Shown here: in pieces, positions 1 through 9,418 of the stretch
How positions within the stretch are numbered: position 1 is the stretch's first letter
How the letters are laid out: each line of letters starts with the position of its first letter
Assembly (NCBI GenBank): GCA_051382305.1
Contig: JBBCAV010000120.1
Coordinates: 1 to 16,810 of the forward strand
Direction of reading: 5' to 3'
DNA: 16,810 nucleotides
Origin: Bdellovibrionota bacterium FG-2
GTDB taxonomy: Bacteria > Bdellovibrionota > UBA1018
Notes under the pieces: generated by a model
Seen by the model: only the letters and a program-made list of their open reading frames with translations
What the model was told of the DNA's origin: nothing
The model's database searches: none
Position numbers and translations under genes: made by a program

Positions 1-98
1 GTTTTACGAAAAACCCAGCAACCGCGACAGTGGCGGTGAGCGGGACCCCGCCCCACAAAACCTTTTTTTTCATGCGGGCCACCCTCGAAAGAAAAAAA

Positions 99-917
99 TT
101 AACCCCCCCCGACTGCCCTGAACGACCCAACCCCCCCCCCCCCCCCGCCGTTATTTAGAAGGCTAATGAGGAGACCTAAAAGAAACCCCCAAAACCCCTC
201 ATCGCCAGAGGTGCGCCCATAAGGGCGCGCACCAAAGGGGCTTGGCCTATACCAACCTTTGTTCGTGAAATGCGCTTCGCGTGCCGACAAGGAGCGTGCA
301 ACGGCCGCAAAAACCAAAATTCCAACGACCAGCCAAATCCAACTGCCCAATGGCGACCGGTGCACCACACGCGCTCGCGACGAATGTCTAAATCCCCCGC
401 CCTCTAAAATCTGAAGTGCGCGACCATTGGCAATCAGCGGGCTCTCAATCGTCTTCAATATTTCCAAGACCCCGAGCGATAGCGCACGCCCTGGCGTCCC
501 ACCTCTCAACTCAGGTGCAATCACTTCGGAGAGAATCGTTTTAGATTTTGCATCAGTTAGAAGGTGCTCGAGACCATACCCCACCTCGACGCGCATCTTG
601 TGCTCTTTCCAATACAGCGCCAAAAGCACACCGTTGTCTTTACCCTTCTTGCCAATCTTCCACGCCGAAAAAATCCGATTCGTGCGATCCGCTACCTCGC
701 CGTCACCTAGCGAATCAAAAATCGCGACGACGAATTGTTCAGTGGTAGTGCGCTCGTGCTCTTCCAAAATAGAATCAAGAGCCGAAAATGTTGGCGCATC
801 CAAAACATGCGCCTGATCCGAAATATGCTGTGTGGGCGCCGGAGGAAACGGCGCGTCGCCTGCTGCGAAACAAATTCCACTCAAAAAAAATGAGAGGGCA
901 AAAATCCCAGCCCGCAC
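99..917 (-). CDS. TPM domain-containing membrane protein (YgcG-like)
   Basis: Signal peptide, TPM motifs (ISDQAHVL, WKIGKKGKDNGVLL, RVEVGYGLE), TM helix and Gly-rich tail. GTG start overlaps the lemA TAG by 1 nt. The 3' end is uncertain because of homopolymer-rich sequence. Confidence 0.9.
   Translation of the reverse strand: MRAGIFALSFFLSGICFAAGDAPFPPAPTQHISDQAHVLDAPTFSALDSILEEHERTTTEQFVVAIFDSLGDGEVADRTNRIFSAWKIGKKGKDNGVLLALYWKEHKMRVEVGYGLEHLLTDAKSKTILSEVIAPELRGGTPGRALSLGVLEILKTIESPLIANGRALQILEGGGFRHSSRARVVHRSPLGSWIWLVVGILVFAAVARSLSAREAHFTNKGWYRPSPFGARPYGRTSGDEGFWGFLLGLLISLLNNGGGGGGVGSFRAVGGG
131..146. repeat. C16 homopolymer (G16 on the coding strand) in the Gly-rich tail of the TPM gene
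   Basis: 16 consecutive C read directly from the sequence; may be a sequencing artefact. Confidence 0.8.
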
Positions 918-1510
918 TAGAACTCCACTTTAGGAGCCACCTTAGCGCCGGCAGCAGCCTCGAAGTACGCCTTTTCCTTAAACCCTCGCATCCCCGCAAT
1001 AAAGGACTGAGGGAACTTACGAAGGAAGGTGTTGTACTCTCGCGCCGCCTCGTTGAAACGCATGCGCTCAACTGTAATTCGGTTTTCCGTTCCTTCAAGC
1101 TGAGATTGCAACTCCAAGAACCCCTTGTCGGCCTTAAGTTCGGGGTACTTTTCCGTAATCACCATGAGTCGAGAAAGGGCCGAAGACAGCTGCCCCTGGG
1201 CTTGATCAAATTTCTTTAAATCTTCAGGACTTTGAACCTTGATGTTACCGACTGACGCACGCGCTTTAGTCACTTCTTCCAAAACCGTTGCTTCATGCTT
1301 GGCGTAGCCCTTAACGGTATTAACGAGATTCGGAATCAAATCCGCTCTGCGTTGATACACGTTTTCGACCTGGGACCATTTCTCTTTGACGCTCTCATCC
1401 ATTCCGACGAGTGAGTTATTGACTGAAACGCCCCACATTATCGCCATTGCAGCCAGAAGAAGCATTGACCCAAAAATCCCGCCCACAATTAACAAAACTT
1501 TGTTGTTCAT
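917..1510 (-). CDS. lemA: LemA family protein
   Basis: Motifs WSQVENVYQRRADLIPNLVNTVKGYA, EKYPELKA and QLEGTENRITVERMRFNE; N-terminal TM helix. Start moved to the ATG at 1510 because the track's TTG at 1546 is part of a TTGACA -35 box. Confidence 0.95.
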   Translation of the reverse strand: MNNKVLLIVGGIFGSMLLLAAMAIMWGVSVNNSLVGMDESVKEKWSQVENVYQRRADLIPNLVNTVKGYAKHEATVLEEVTKARASVGNIKVQSPEDLKKFDQAQGQLSSALSRLMVITEKYPELKADKGFLELQSQLEGTENRITVERMRFNEAAREYNTFLRKFPQSFIAGMRGFKEKAYFEAAAGAKVAPKVEF

Positions 1511-1517
1511 ACCCTGC

Positions 1518-1546
1518 ATAGTGGGGACGATTTTGGGCACTGTCAA
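1518..1546 (-). promoter_or_regulatory. Sigma70-type promoter for lemA, probably leaderless
   Basis: TTGACA (1546-1541), 17 bp, CACTAT (1523-1518), 7 nt, then ATG (1510). Confidence 0.65.
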
Positions 1547-1560
1547 ATGGAATAAATCCC

Positions 1561-1589
1561 TTGCCGTACGCCTAAAACCTCGGTAATAA
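1561..1589 (+). promoter_or_regulatory. Sigma70-type promoter for the rpsB operon
   Basis: TTGCCG (1561-1566), 17 bp, TAATAA (1584-1589), directly upstream of the S2 leader RNA. Confidence 0.55.
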
Positions 1590-1600
1590 CCTAGTCAGTA

Positions 1601-1698
1601 AATCCACACACCCTGAGTCTCGTGGTGCTGGTCCCATTGGGGGGCCAGAAGGTCGGGGTGGAGGGAGACGGAAATTTTTTTCGTCTCAAAACCGCGGG
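1601..1698 (+). ncRNA. rpsB 5' leader (t44 / S2 autoregulatory RNA)
   Basis: ACACACCCTGA...TCGGGGTGGAGG outer stem motif, GGTGC motif and inner CTGGTCCC/GGGGCCAG hairpin. Also a GAGACG/CGTCTC hairpin and pseudoknot-type pairing of CTCGTGGT (1619-1626) with ACCGCGGG (1691-1698). Position upstream of rpsB fits. Confidence 0.8.
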
Positions 1699-1799
1699 AA
1701 GCACGTCAGCTCCTTATAATCCAAGGGTCCTCCTTCGGGTTTCAAGATTCTGTCTCAGCCTTCCGCACAGACCAGAAAATATAAACTAAGGAGTGAATC

Positions 1800-2747
1800 A
1801 TGCCTGCAATTACAATGAGAGAGCTATTAGAAGCCGGTGTCCACTTTGGACATCAAACCCGCCGCTGGAATCCCAAGATGAAGCCGTATGTTTTCGGCGC
1901 ACGTAACGGGATCTACATCATCGATCTTCAAAAAACCGTAGATCAAACCCGCGCTGCTTGCACATTTGCCGCTCAAATCGCCGCCGAAGGAAAACGCATT
2001 TTGTTCGTCGGCACGAAAAAACAAGCTAAAGATGTGATCGAAGAAGAAGCGCGCCGCTCGGGCATGTATTTCGTCAACAACCGTTGGTTAGGCGGAATGC
2101 TCACTAACTATCAAACCGTGAAAGCTTCGATCGATCGTTTGAAAAAAATCGAAACCATGAAGACTTCCCCCGAGTGGAACGAGATCTCCAAAAAAGAACA
2201 ATCTCGTATCGATCGCGAATACGACAAGCTCAAGAAGTCCTTGGGTGGAATCCAAGACATGAAAAAACTTCCTGGCGCGATTTTCGTGATCGACACCGAG
2301 AAGGAACACATTGCGGTGAAAGAAGCCAAGAAACTTGGAATCCCAACCATCGCTGTCGTAGACACTAACTGTGATCCTTCAAATATTACCCACGTGATTC
2401 CAGGCAACGATGATGCGATTCGCAGCATTCGCCTATTCTCTCGCTTGATCGCCGATAGTTGCCTGGAAGGCACCAAGACCTTCCAAGAAAAATTGCGCGC
2501 CCAAGAAGTGAGCGACGCGGCCGCCAAAGAAGACGCTGAAACCGAAAAACGCGTCTCTCGCTTTGAAGGCGACATCGACCTTCAAGGAGTGGATGAAGCG
2601 GATCTTGCGGCTCAGGAAACCGCTGAAGTGACTGAAGAAGCCGCAGTGACCGCTGCAGGGACTGAAGTCCCCGCTGTTGCGACACCCGTTATTGAAGCTG
2701 CTCCCGCTGTTCCAGCGCCTAAAGCGGCCAAGAAGAAAACCAAGTAA
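1800..2747 (+). CDS. rpsB: 30S ribosomal protein S2 with long acidic, Ala/Pro-rich C-terminal extension
   Basis: [53 protein letters not shown] at 1788-1793. Confidence 0.99.
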   Translation: MPAITMRELLEAGVHFGHQTRRWNPKMKPYVFGARNGIYIIDLQKTVDQTRAACTFAAQIAAEGKRILFVGTKKQAKDVIEEEARRSGMYFVNNRWLGGMLTNYQTVKASIDRLKKIETMKTSPEWNEISKKEQSRIDREYDKLKKSLGGIQDMKKLPGAIFVIDTEKEHIAVKEAKKLGIPTIAVVDTNCDPSNITHVIPGNDDAIRSIRLFSRLIADSCLEGTKTFQEKLRAQEVSDAAAKEDAETEKRVSRFEGDIDLQGVDEADLAAQETAEVTEEAAVTAAGTEVPAVATPVIEAAPAVPAPKAAKKKTK

Positions 2748-2778
2748 CCTTCATTCGGCATTAACTAAGGAGTTTAGA

Positions 2779-4115
<1,337 letters not shown>

Positions 4116-4141
4116 GAACTCACAAATATAAGGAGACCGGT

Positions 4142-4699
4142 ATGTCAAAAGCGATTATCGATTCAATGGCTCAGGAGATGGACAAAAGCATTCAATCTCT
4201 TAAACAGGAGTTATCGAAACTTCGCACAGGCCGCGCTTCCACTGGACTTGTCGATACCGTACATGTCGATTATTACGGCTCCAAAGTTCCCATGAACCAA
4301 GTGGCAAACGTCACCACACCTGACGCGCGTACGATCCAAATTACTCCCTGGGAAGGCGGAATGGTCGGCGCAATTGAAAAAGCCATTCTAGCCGCAAACA
4401 TTGGCCTGACCCCACAAAATGACGGAAAAGTAATCCGTGTCTCCCTTCCTCCATTGACCGAAGAACGGCGCAAAGACATGGTGAAAGTCGTCAAGAAGAT
4501 GGGCGAAGAAACCAAGGTTGCTATCCGAAATCATCGTCGTGACGCCAACGAAAACGTTAAGAAACAGGAAAAAGGCAAGGCCTTAACTGAAGATGATGCC
4601 AAAAAAGCAATGGACTTAGTTCAAAAGAAGACTGACGAAAAAACGGGAGAAGTTGATAAAATCGTCGCGGCCAAGGAAAAAGAAGTTCTTACCGTCTAG
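4142..4699 (+). CDS. frr: Ribosome recycling factor
   Basis: LRTGRAS, VDYYG, PPLTEERRK, AIRNHRRDAN; SD AAGGAG; synteny. Confidence 0.99.
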   Translation: MSKAIIDSMAQEMDKSIQSLKQELSKLRTGRASTGLVDTVHVDYYGSKVPMNQVANVTTPDARTIQITPWEGGMVGAIEKAILAANIGLTPQNDGKVIRVSLPPLTEERRKDMVKVVKKMGEETKVAIRNHRRDANENVKKQEKGKALTEDDAKKAMDLVQKKTDEKTGEVDKIVAAKEKEVLTV

Positions 4700-5442
4700 T
4701 GCAGCCGCCAAAACATGTAGCCATCATCATGGACGGGAACGGGCGCTGGGCTCAAAACCGGCACCATCCGCGGGTATTTGGCCACGTTCGCGGCGCCTCT
4801 CGCATCAAGCCTGTTGTTCGCGAAGCTGAACGCCTCGGCATCCAAGCGCTTACGCTGTATGCATTTTCAACCGAGAACTGGTCACGGCCCGAAGAAGAGC
4901 TTGGCGTTTTGTGGAAAATTCTAAAAAAATTCCTCAAACGTGAGGCCGATGAGCTGGCAGCGCGAAACGTAAGACTGCGGGTCATAGGTGAGGTTGAGCG
5001 GCTGGGGCGCGATGTCCGCGAGGTTTTAGACCCAGTGCTAGAACGACTTTCGAAAAACACCGGACTTCAACTCACTTTTGCCGTGTCTTACGGATCGAGG
5101 CGAGAACTTGTGCGAGCTGCACGTCTTTTTGCCGAAGATTGTGTTGCCGGAAAACGAAAGCCTGAAGAGCTCCAAGAACGCGGCGATTCACTTTTCGGTG
5201 AATACCTCTGGACCGCCGACCTAGGCCCACTCTCTCAGGTGGATCTTGTCATTCGCACAAGTGGCGAGAAAAGAATTAGCAACTTTTTACTGTGGCAAGC
5301 CGCGTACGCTGAGTTCGTATTCCTTGATTTATGCTGGCCTGATTTTGAACCGCGCCATCTTGACGAGGCGGTCCTAGAATTTTCAAATCGCGATCGCCGC
5401 TTTGGTGGATTGAATGATAAAAAAGGGGGAGGGCGTCCATGA
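4699..5442 (+). CDS. uppS: Undecaprenyl diphosphate synthase (cis-prenyltransferase)
   Basis: PKHVAIIMDGNGRWA, LYAFSTENWSRP, DLVIRTSGEKRISNFLLWQ; TAGTG overlap with frr. Confidence 0.98.
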   Translation: MQPPKHVAIIMDGNGRWAQNRHHPRVFGHVRGASRIKPVVREAERLGIQALTLYAFSTENWSRPEEELGVLWKILKKFLKREADELAARNVRLRVIGEVERLGRDVREVLDPVLERLSKNTGLQLTFAVSYGSRRELVRAARLFAEDCVAGKRKPEELQERGDSLFGEYLWTADLGPLSQVDLVIRTSGEKRISNFLLWQAAYAEFVFLDLCWPDFEPRHLDEAVLEFSNRDRRFGGLNDKKGGGRP

Positions 5443-6272
5443 CAAAGAAAACCGCGTCAGAGTTAAAGAAACGGGTGATCACAGGTCTGATTGGGAGTAC
5501 TGTTTTGCTCACTATTCTGATTTTTGGGGGCTGGGTCGGAATTTTATTCATCTCCGTCGTCATCAGTTTGGGAATGGTTGCTGAGTACGCAAACATCACT
5601 CTGTCGCTTTCAGACAAAGCGGAGAAAAGACTCGTCTTGCTGTGCATGGCCTGGTTTGTCCACCTCGCAAACTTGCTCGCTGCAACGGCTAAAGCCGAGA
5701 TTGCCGTTCTGTGCTTCTTGGCTGTTTTTACCTATTTCCTGGTGACAGCCGTTCGTTTTGATGGCGAGGACTTTGCCGGGCACTTCAAAGAGCTCACGTT
5801 CGTGGTTTTCGGAGCTGCCTATCTCATTTTTATGCCGCTCTTTTTCCCCTTAATTCATCAAAGTATCAACGGTGTGAACTGGACAATTTTGTTTCTTCTC
5901 ATTGTATGGTCGGGCGATACGGGCGCCTATTTTGCCGGCAAGAAGTACGGGAAGATGAAGCTTTATCCCAAAATCAGCCCCAAGAAGACTGTCGAGGGCG
6001 CCGTCGGGGGCCTTGCGGCCGGGCTCGTAGTCGCCTTCATCTATAAGCTTCTCATTTTTAGAGCATTAAGCTGGGGAAGCGTCTTTTTAGTTCCCCTTAT
6101 TATTGGCTCTGCGTCACAAGCGGGTGATTTGTGCGAAAGCTTTGTGAAGCGAGCGTTTGGCGTCAAAGACTCGGGCTCCATTCTCCCAGGGCACGGGGGA
6201 TTCCTCGATCGCTTCGATGGGGTGGTGTTCAGTTTGCCGGTCATGTATGCTTGTACGAGACTCTTTGGATAA
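5439..6272 (+). CDS. cdsA: Phosphatidate cytidylyltransferase
   Basis: Polytopic membrane protein with DTGAYFAG, ISPKKTVEG, GDLCESFVKR and KDSGSILPGHGGFLDRFD; ATGA overlap. Confidence 0.98.
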   Translation: MTKKTASELKKRVITGLIGSTVLLTILIFGGWVGILFISVVISLGMVAEYANITLSLSDKAEKRLVLLCMAWFVHLANLLAATAKAEIAVLCFLAVFTYFLVTAVRFDGEDFAGHFKELTFVVFGAAYLIFMPLFFPLIHQSINGVNWTILFLLIVWSGDTGAYFAGKKYGKMKLYPKISPKKTVEGAVGGLAAGLVVAFIYKLLIFRALSWGSVFLVPLIIGSASQAGDLCESFVKRAFGVKDSGSILPGHGGFLDRFDGVVFSLPVMYACTRLFG

Positions 6273-6308
6273 ACCTAATTAAGTAAGCGACTGCGCTAAG
6301 GAGAGGCC

Positions 6309-7943
6309 ATGCTTTCACTTCTCGGTTTTTTAATCATGCTAGGACCACTCGTCATCGTGCACGAGTTTGGTCACTATATTTTTGCTAAGATCTTCGGCGT
6401 AAAAGCTGAAATTTTCTCCGTGGGTTTTGGTCCCAAGGTCTTTTCGCGGCAATGTGGAGAGACTGAGGTTCGAATTTCGGCGATTCCCCTGGGCGGCTAC
6501 GTTAAACTCTTAGGTGAGGAGCGCGAGGCTGAACTGAAGCCTGAAGACAAGCCCCGCGCACTTCATGCGCAAGCCGCTTGGAAACGTTTTTTTATCTTCT
6601 TTGGCGGCCCTTTGTTTAATTTCGTATGGGCCATAGTTGTATTCATGGTGATGATGGCTCTAGGCGAGCAGCAAATTGCAAGCGTCGTGGGCCGAGTACT
6701 ACCGGGGTCTGTCGCATCCCAGATTGGCTTTCAACCCAATGACAAAATTCTTGCCGTCGAAGGCAAACCGGTGCGCACTTTCGAAGACGTTCAGCTTGAA
6801 ATCCTCAATCATCCCGATCAAAAAATTCGCTTTGACCTTGCCCAAAACTCTGGAACGCGAACACTCCTTGTGCCGACTTCTGCCGAAAGCGGGTACAGTG
6901 AATACGGTGAAGAGACCAAAGTCGGCCGGGTTGAAGGACTTTTGCGAGACGGTCGCGGAACCCTCATCGGAATCTCAAACTCCAAATCCATCGCAGGTCT
7001 TGCCGGAGTAAAAACGGGCGATCAGATTCTGGAGATCAACGGCACCCCCATTAAGTCATGGGAGGAAGTTGAAGCATTGTTTGAAAAAGCGGGCGCGGGA
7101 GCGGTTTTTCAATTCAAAACAGGAAAAACGGGCGTCCAAAGTCCAACCGATGCGCATGCCTTTGCGTACACGAAGGGCCAAAATGCACGAAGTCTTGGCG
7201 AGGAAACCGGACTTTATTCTTCGGAGCTATTCGTAGACTCAACTCCGGCTAAATCTCCCGCCGAAGTCGCGGGTGTTAAAGCTGGGGATCGATTGGCCGC
7301 AGTGGGGAAAACCGAAATTCGCAGTTTTTTTGAACTTCGTGAAACGATTCAAAAAGCGGGAGAAACCGAAGGGAAAGTGAGTCTCACCTGGGAACGAGAT
7401 GGCCAGCGCATCACGCAGCAAATGGTTCCCACGGCCACTTCTCAACGCGATCCACTTCTGAACAAGAAGACCCAATACACCATTGGGGTCTTCCCGAAAG
7501 TCTCTTTTGCCGAGCCTGTTTTTATCATTGAACGTGTTCTCAACCCCTTTAAACTTCTTTATCGTAGCACCGCGCGCGTTGCTGATTTCACCCAGAAGAA
7601 TTTCACAGTTATTCGAAAAATGATTGTCGGGGATGTCTCGGTCGCGACACTGGGCGGTCCCATCATGATTGGTAAAATTGCGGGCGAATCTCTGGCGCAC
7701 GGAATTAATGCGTTCCTAGGGACCATGGCGATCTTGTCCATTGGCCTGGGCGTTTTGAATATTCTGCCGGTCCCTGTTTTAGACGGCGGGCATTTGATGC
7801 TGCTCGGGATTGAGGCCATTCGTCGCAAACCCCTTACCATTCGTCAGATGGAAGTCATTCAACAAGTGGGGCTTTCGCTTATTCTGCTTTTGATGATTGT
7901 GGTTATTCGAAACGACCTGGCGAGATTACCATTTTTTCAGTAG
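6309..7943 (+). CDS. rseP: RseP-like site-2 (M50) metalloprotease with three PDZ-like domains
   Basis: HEFGH zinc motif, IPLGGYVK, GGPLFN, NILPVPVLDGG; three PDZ-like blocks; synteny after cdsA. Confidence 0.97.
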   Translation: MLSLLGFLIMLGPLVIVHEFGHYIFAKIFGVKAEIFSVGFGPKVFSRQCGETEVRISAIPLGGYVKLLGEEREAELKPEDKPRALHAQAAWKRFFIFFGGPLFNFVWAIVVFMVMMALGEQQIASVVGRVLPGSVASQIGFQPNDKILAVEGKPVRTFEDVQLEILNHPDQKIRFDLAQNSGTRTLLVPTSAESGYSEYGEETKVGRVEGLLRDGRGTLIGISNSKSIAGLAGVKTGDQILEINGTPIKSWEEVEALFEKAGAGAVFQFKTGKTGVQSPTDAHAFAYTKGQNARSLGEETGLYSSELFVDSTPAKSPAEVAGVKAGDRLAAVGKTEIRSFFELRETIQKAGETEGKVSLTWERDGQRITQQMVPTATSQRDPLLNKKTQYTIGVFPKVSFAEPVFIIERVLNPFKLLYRSTARVADFTQKNFTVIRKMIVGDVSVATLGGPIMIGKIAGESLAHGINAFLGTMAILSIGLGVLNILPVPVLDGGHLMLLGIEAIRRKPLTIRQMEVIQQVGLSLILLLMIVVIRNDLARLPFFQ

Positions 7944-7952
7944 AATTTTCGT

Positions 7953-8780
7953 ATGAAACTCCTGGCGTGGGATACTTCTTCAAAAGTCGGTGCAATCGTG
8001 GCCATCGAATGGGATCAAAACTCGCGCGAGGGGCGTGAGGGCCTTAAACTGCGTTCCGAGTGGTCGTTAGATGTGGATATTACACATTCGGATGGCCTTT
8101 TGTGGGGCATTGACCAGATGCTCTCGTCGTGTCGATGGAAACTTTCCGATATCGATGTTTTGGGAGTGGGCGTTGGGCCAGGGAGTTTTACGGGACTTCG
8201 CATCGGCGTGACGCTTGCGCGAACGCTGGGCCATGCGCTCAAAAAACCTCTGGTGGGAGTTTCATCCCTTGCGGTTCTAGCAAGGCCGCTGGCGGATGTC
8301 ATGAAGGGTCGCAAGGCCGTCGTCATTGCCGCAACCGATGCATGCAAGGGCGAGCTTTTTTCTCTTTTTGGAAACGCGCGAAGTGTTTTGGATTGCGTGA
8401 GTGCCGCGCAAGGGGATTTTCCGGGAGTTTGGAAACGCGGGGTAGAAGAGAGTGTGCTTGCACCCGAGGCTTTAGCCAAAGCAATTAAGAAGAAATTAAC
8501 TGAGGGCGGGACTTCTTGCGTGTGGTCCGTGGTAGGAGAGGGGCGTCTCCGTTATCCCGAAGTGTGGAAGGCGCTTCCGGTTCGCAGGCGAATGGAGTCA
8601 TTAATTCCTTTTGCAGATCAAATTCAGCCCCGCGCGCTCGGCATAATTTGTTGGGAAGCTTACCAGGCCGGGCTCGCTCGCGACGCCCTCATTGTTCATC
8701 CTCGCTACCTGCGAGCGCCAGATGCGGAGCTGAAGCTGAAAGCCGGGAAGCTGCCGGCGGGTCCGACTCGGGGGGATTAA
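7953..8780 (+). CDS. tsaB: tRNA threonylcarbamoyladenosine biosynthesis protein TsaB
   Basis: LLAWDTSS, HSDGL, GVGPGSFTGLRIG, VGVSSL and C-terminal PRYLR. Confidence 0.95.
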   Translation: MKLLAWDTSSKVGAIVAIEWDQNSREGREGLKLRSEWSLDVDITHSDGLLWGIDQMLSSCRWKLSDIDVLGVGVGPGSFTGLRIGVTLARTLGHALKKPLVGVSSLAVLARPLADVMKGRKAVVIAATDACKGELFSLFGNARSVLDCVSAAQGDFPGVWKRGVEESVLAPEALAKAIKKKLTEGGTSCVWSVVGEGRLRYPEVWKALPVRRRMESLIPFADQIQPRALGIICWEAYQAGLARDALIVHPRYLRAPDAELKLKAGKLPAGPTRGD

Positions 8781-8786
8781 GGACCG

Positions 8787-9151
8787 TTACTTGCGTAGTA
8801 TCTGGCAGATCCCCTTTTTCCACGGTAAACAGCGAAACTCCTCAACTGGCAGTTCCCGCTCGCCGCGATACAAGACGAAAGCTTCACACTCTCCAACATC
8901 TTTCTTAAAGCTTTGAACTAGAGTACGATCGAGCGTTCGCTTTACTCCTAGATCAAAAAAATAGAATTTCGGTTTTAAGCTCTCCCGTTTTCGAACTGAG
9001 GGATGAAATGAATCGAGTCGAACAAATTGAACCTGATCGCCGACTCACTACCAAAAAACAGCGCATTAAGGAGCGTGCCTTTGCCGGTTCCTCGGGCTCC
9101 GAAGATGAAAAAGTTTTGATCTTTTATCAACTTAGACAATCATCCTATCAT
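8787..9151 (-). pseudogene. Remnant of an AAA_14 + DUF4143 ATP-binding protein gene
   Basis: Manual translation. Frame A from ATG 9151 reads MIG*LSKLIKDQNFFIFGARGTGKGTLLNALF, with Walker A at 9100-9074 and TGA at codon 4. Frame B reads RLDSFHPSVRKRESLKPKFYFFDLGVKRTL...FRCLPWKKGICQILRK* and ends at 8787. Confidence 0.85.
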
Positions 9152-9383
9152 ATGAGTATATTGTACGCCATTTTACTATCGTACACAGAAAAATGCGCAA
9201 TTAGCACCACCCCCAAGGCCCAAGGCCTAACGCCCTTAACTTCCGAAATCGTGAAATTACGCGGCTTAGGGGGGCACCCTTGCGCCAGTTTCTTCACTTT
9301 TTGAGAAGTCACTGCCCGAAACCCCTGCCTGCGACCCCCGCGCGCACTCCAGTCGCTCCGCGACACGGCAATTACCCGCGCGT

Positions 9384-9412
9384 TTGCCCCCCAGCCCCCC
9401 CTCATGTATAGT
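9384..9412 (+). promoter_or_regulatory. Sigma70-type promoter for pssA, probably leaderless
   Basis: TTGCCC (9384-9389), 17 bp, TATAGT (9407-9412), 6 nt, then ATG (9419); no SD. Confidence 0.7.
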
Positions 9413-9418
9413 CGCAAT

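Noticed and set aside
1-73. Possible minus-strand gene start MKKKVLWGGVPLTATVAVAGFFVK
   Set aside because: Only 24 codons in a region of doubtful quality, with no family resemblance.
1511-1546. Longer lemA start (TTG at 1546)
   Set aside because: It coincides with the promoter elements and adds no LemA-like sequence.
2763-2773. AACTAAGGAGT identical upstream of tsf and rpsB (1784-1794)
   Set aside because: Mostly explained by a shared strong SD sequence.
2677-2778. 34-aa N-terminal extension of EF-Ts in the ORF track
   Set aside because: It overlaps rpsB; the SD and EF-Ts homology both begin at ATG 2779.
9212-9232. 7-bp tandem CCCAAGG-CCCAAGG-CCTAACG
   Set aside because: Too short and degenerate, with no spacers, so it is not a CRISPR array or iteron set.
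9008-9304. 98-aa plus-strand ORF in the tsaB-pssA gap
   Set aside because: No recognisable motif, and it is partly antisense to the ATPase pseudogene, which explains the sequence better.
9331-9364. Alternative GCGAC/GTCGC/GCGAC pairings as a possible ncRNA or riboswitch
   Set aside because: Only 5-bp stems in GC-rich DNA, and upstream of the predicted pssA promoter, so probably not in the mRNA.
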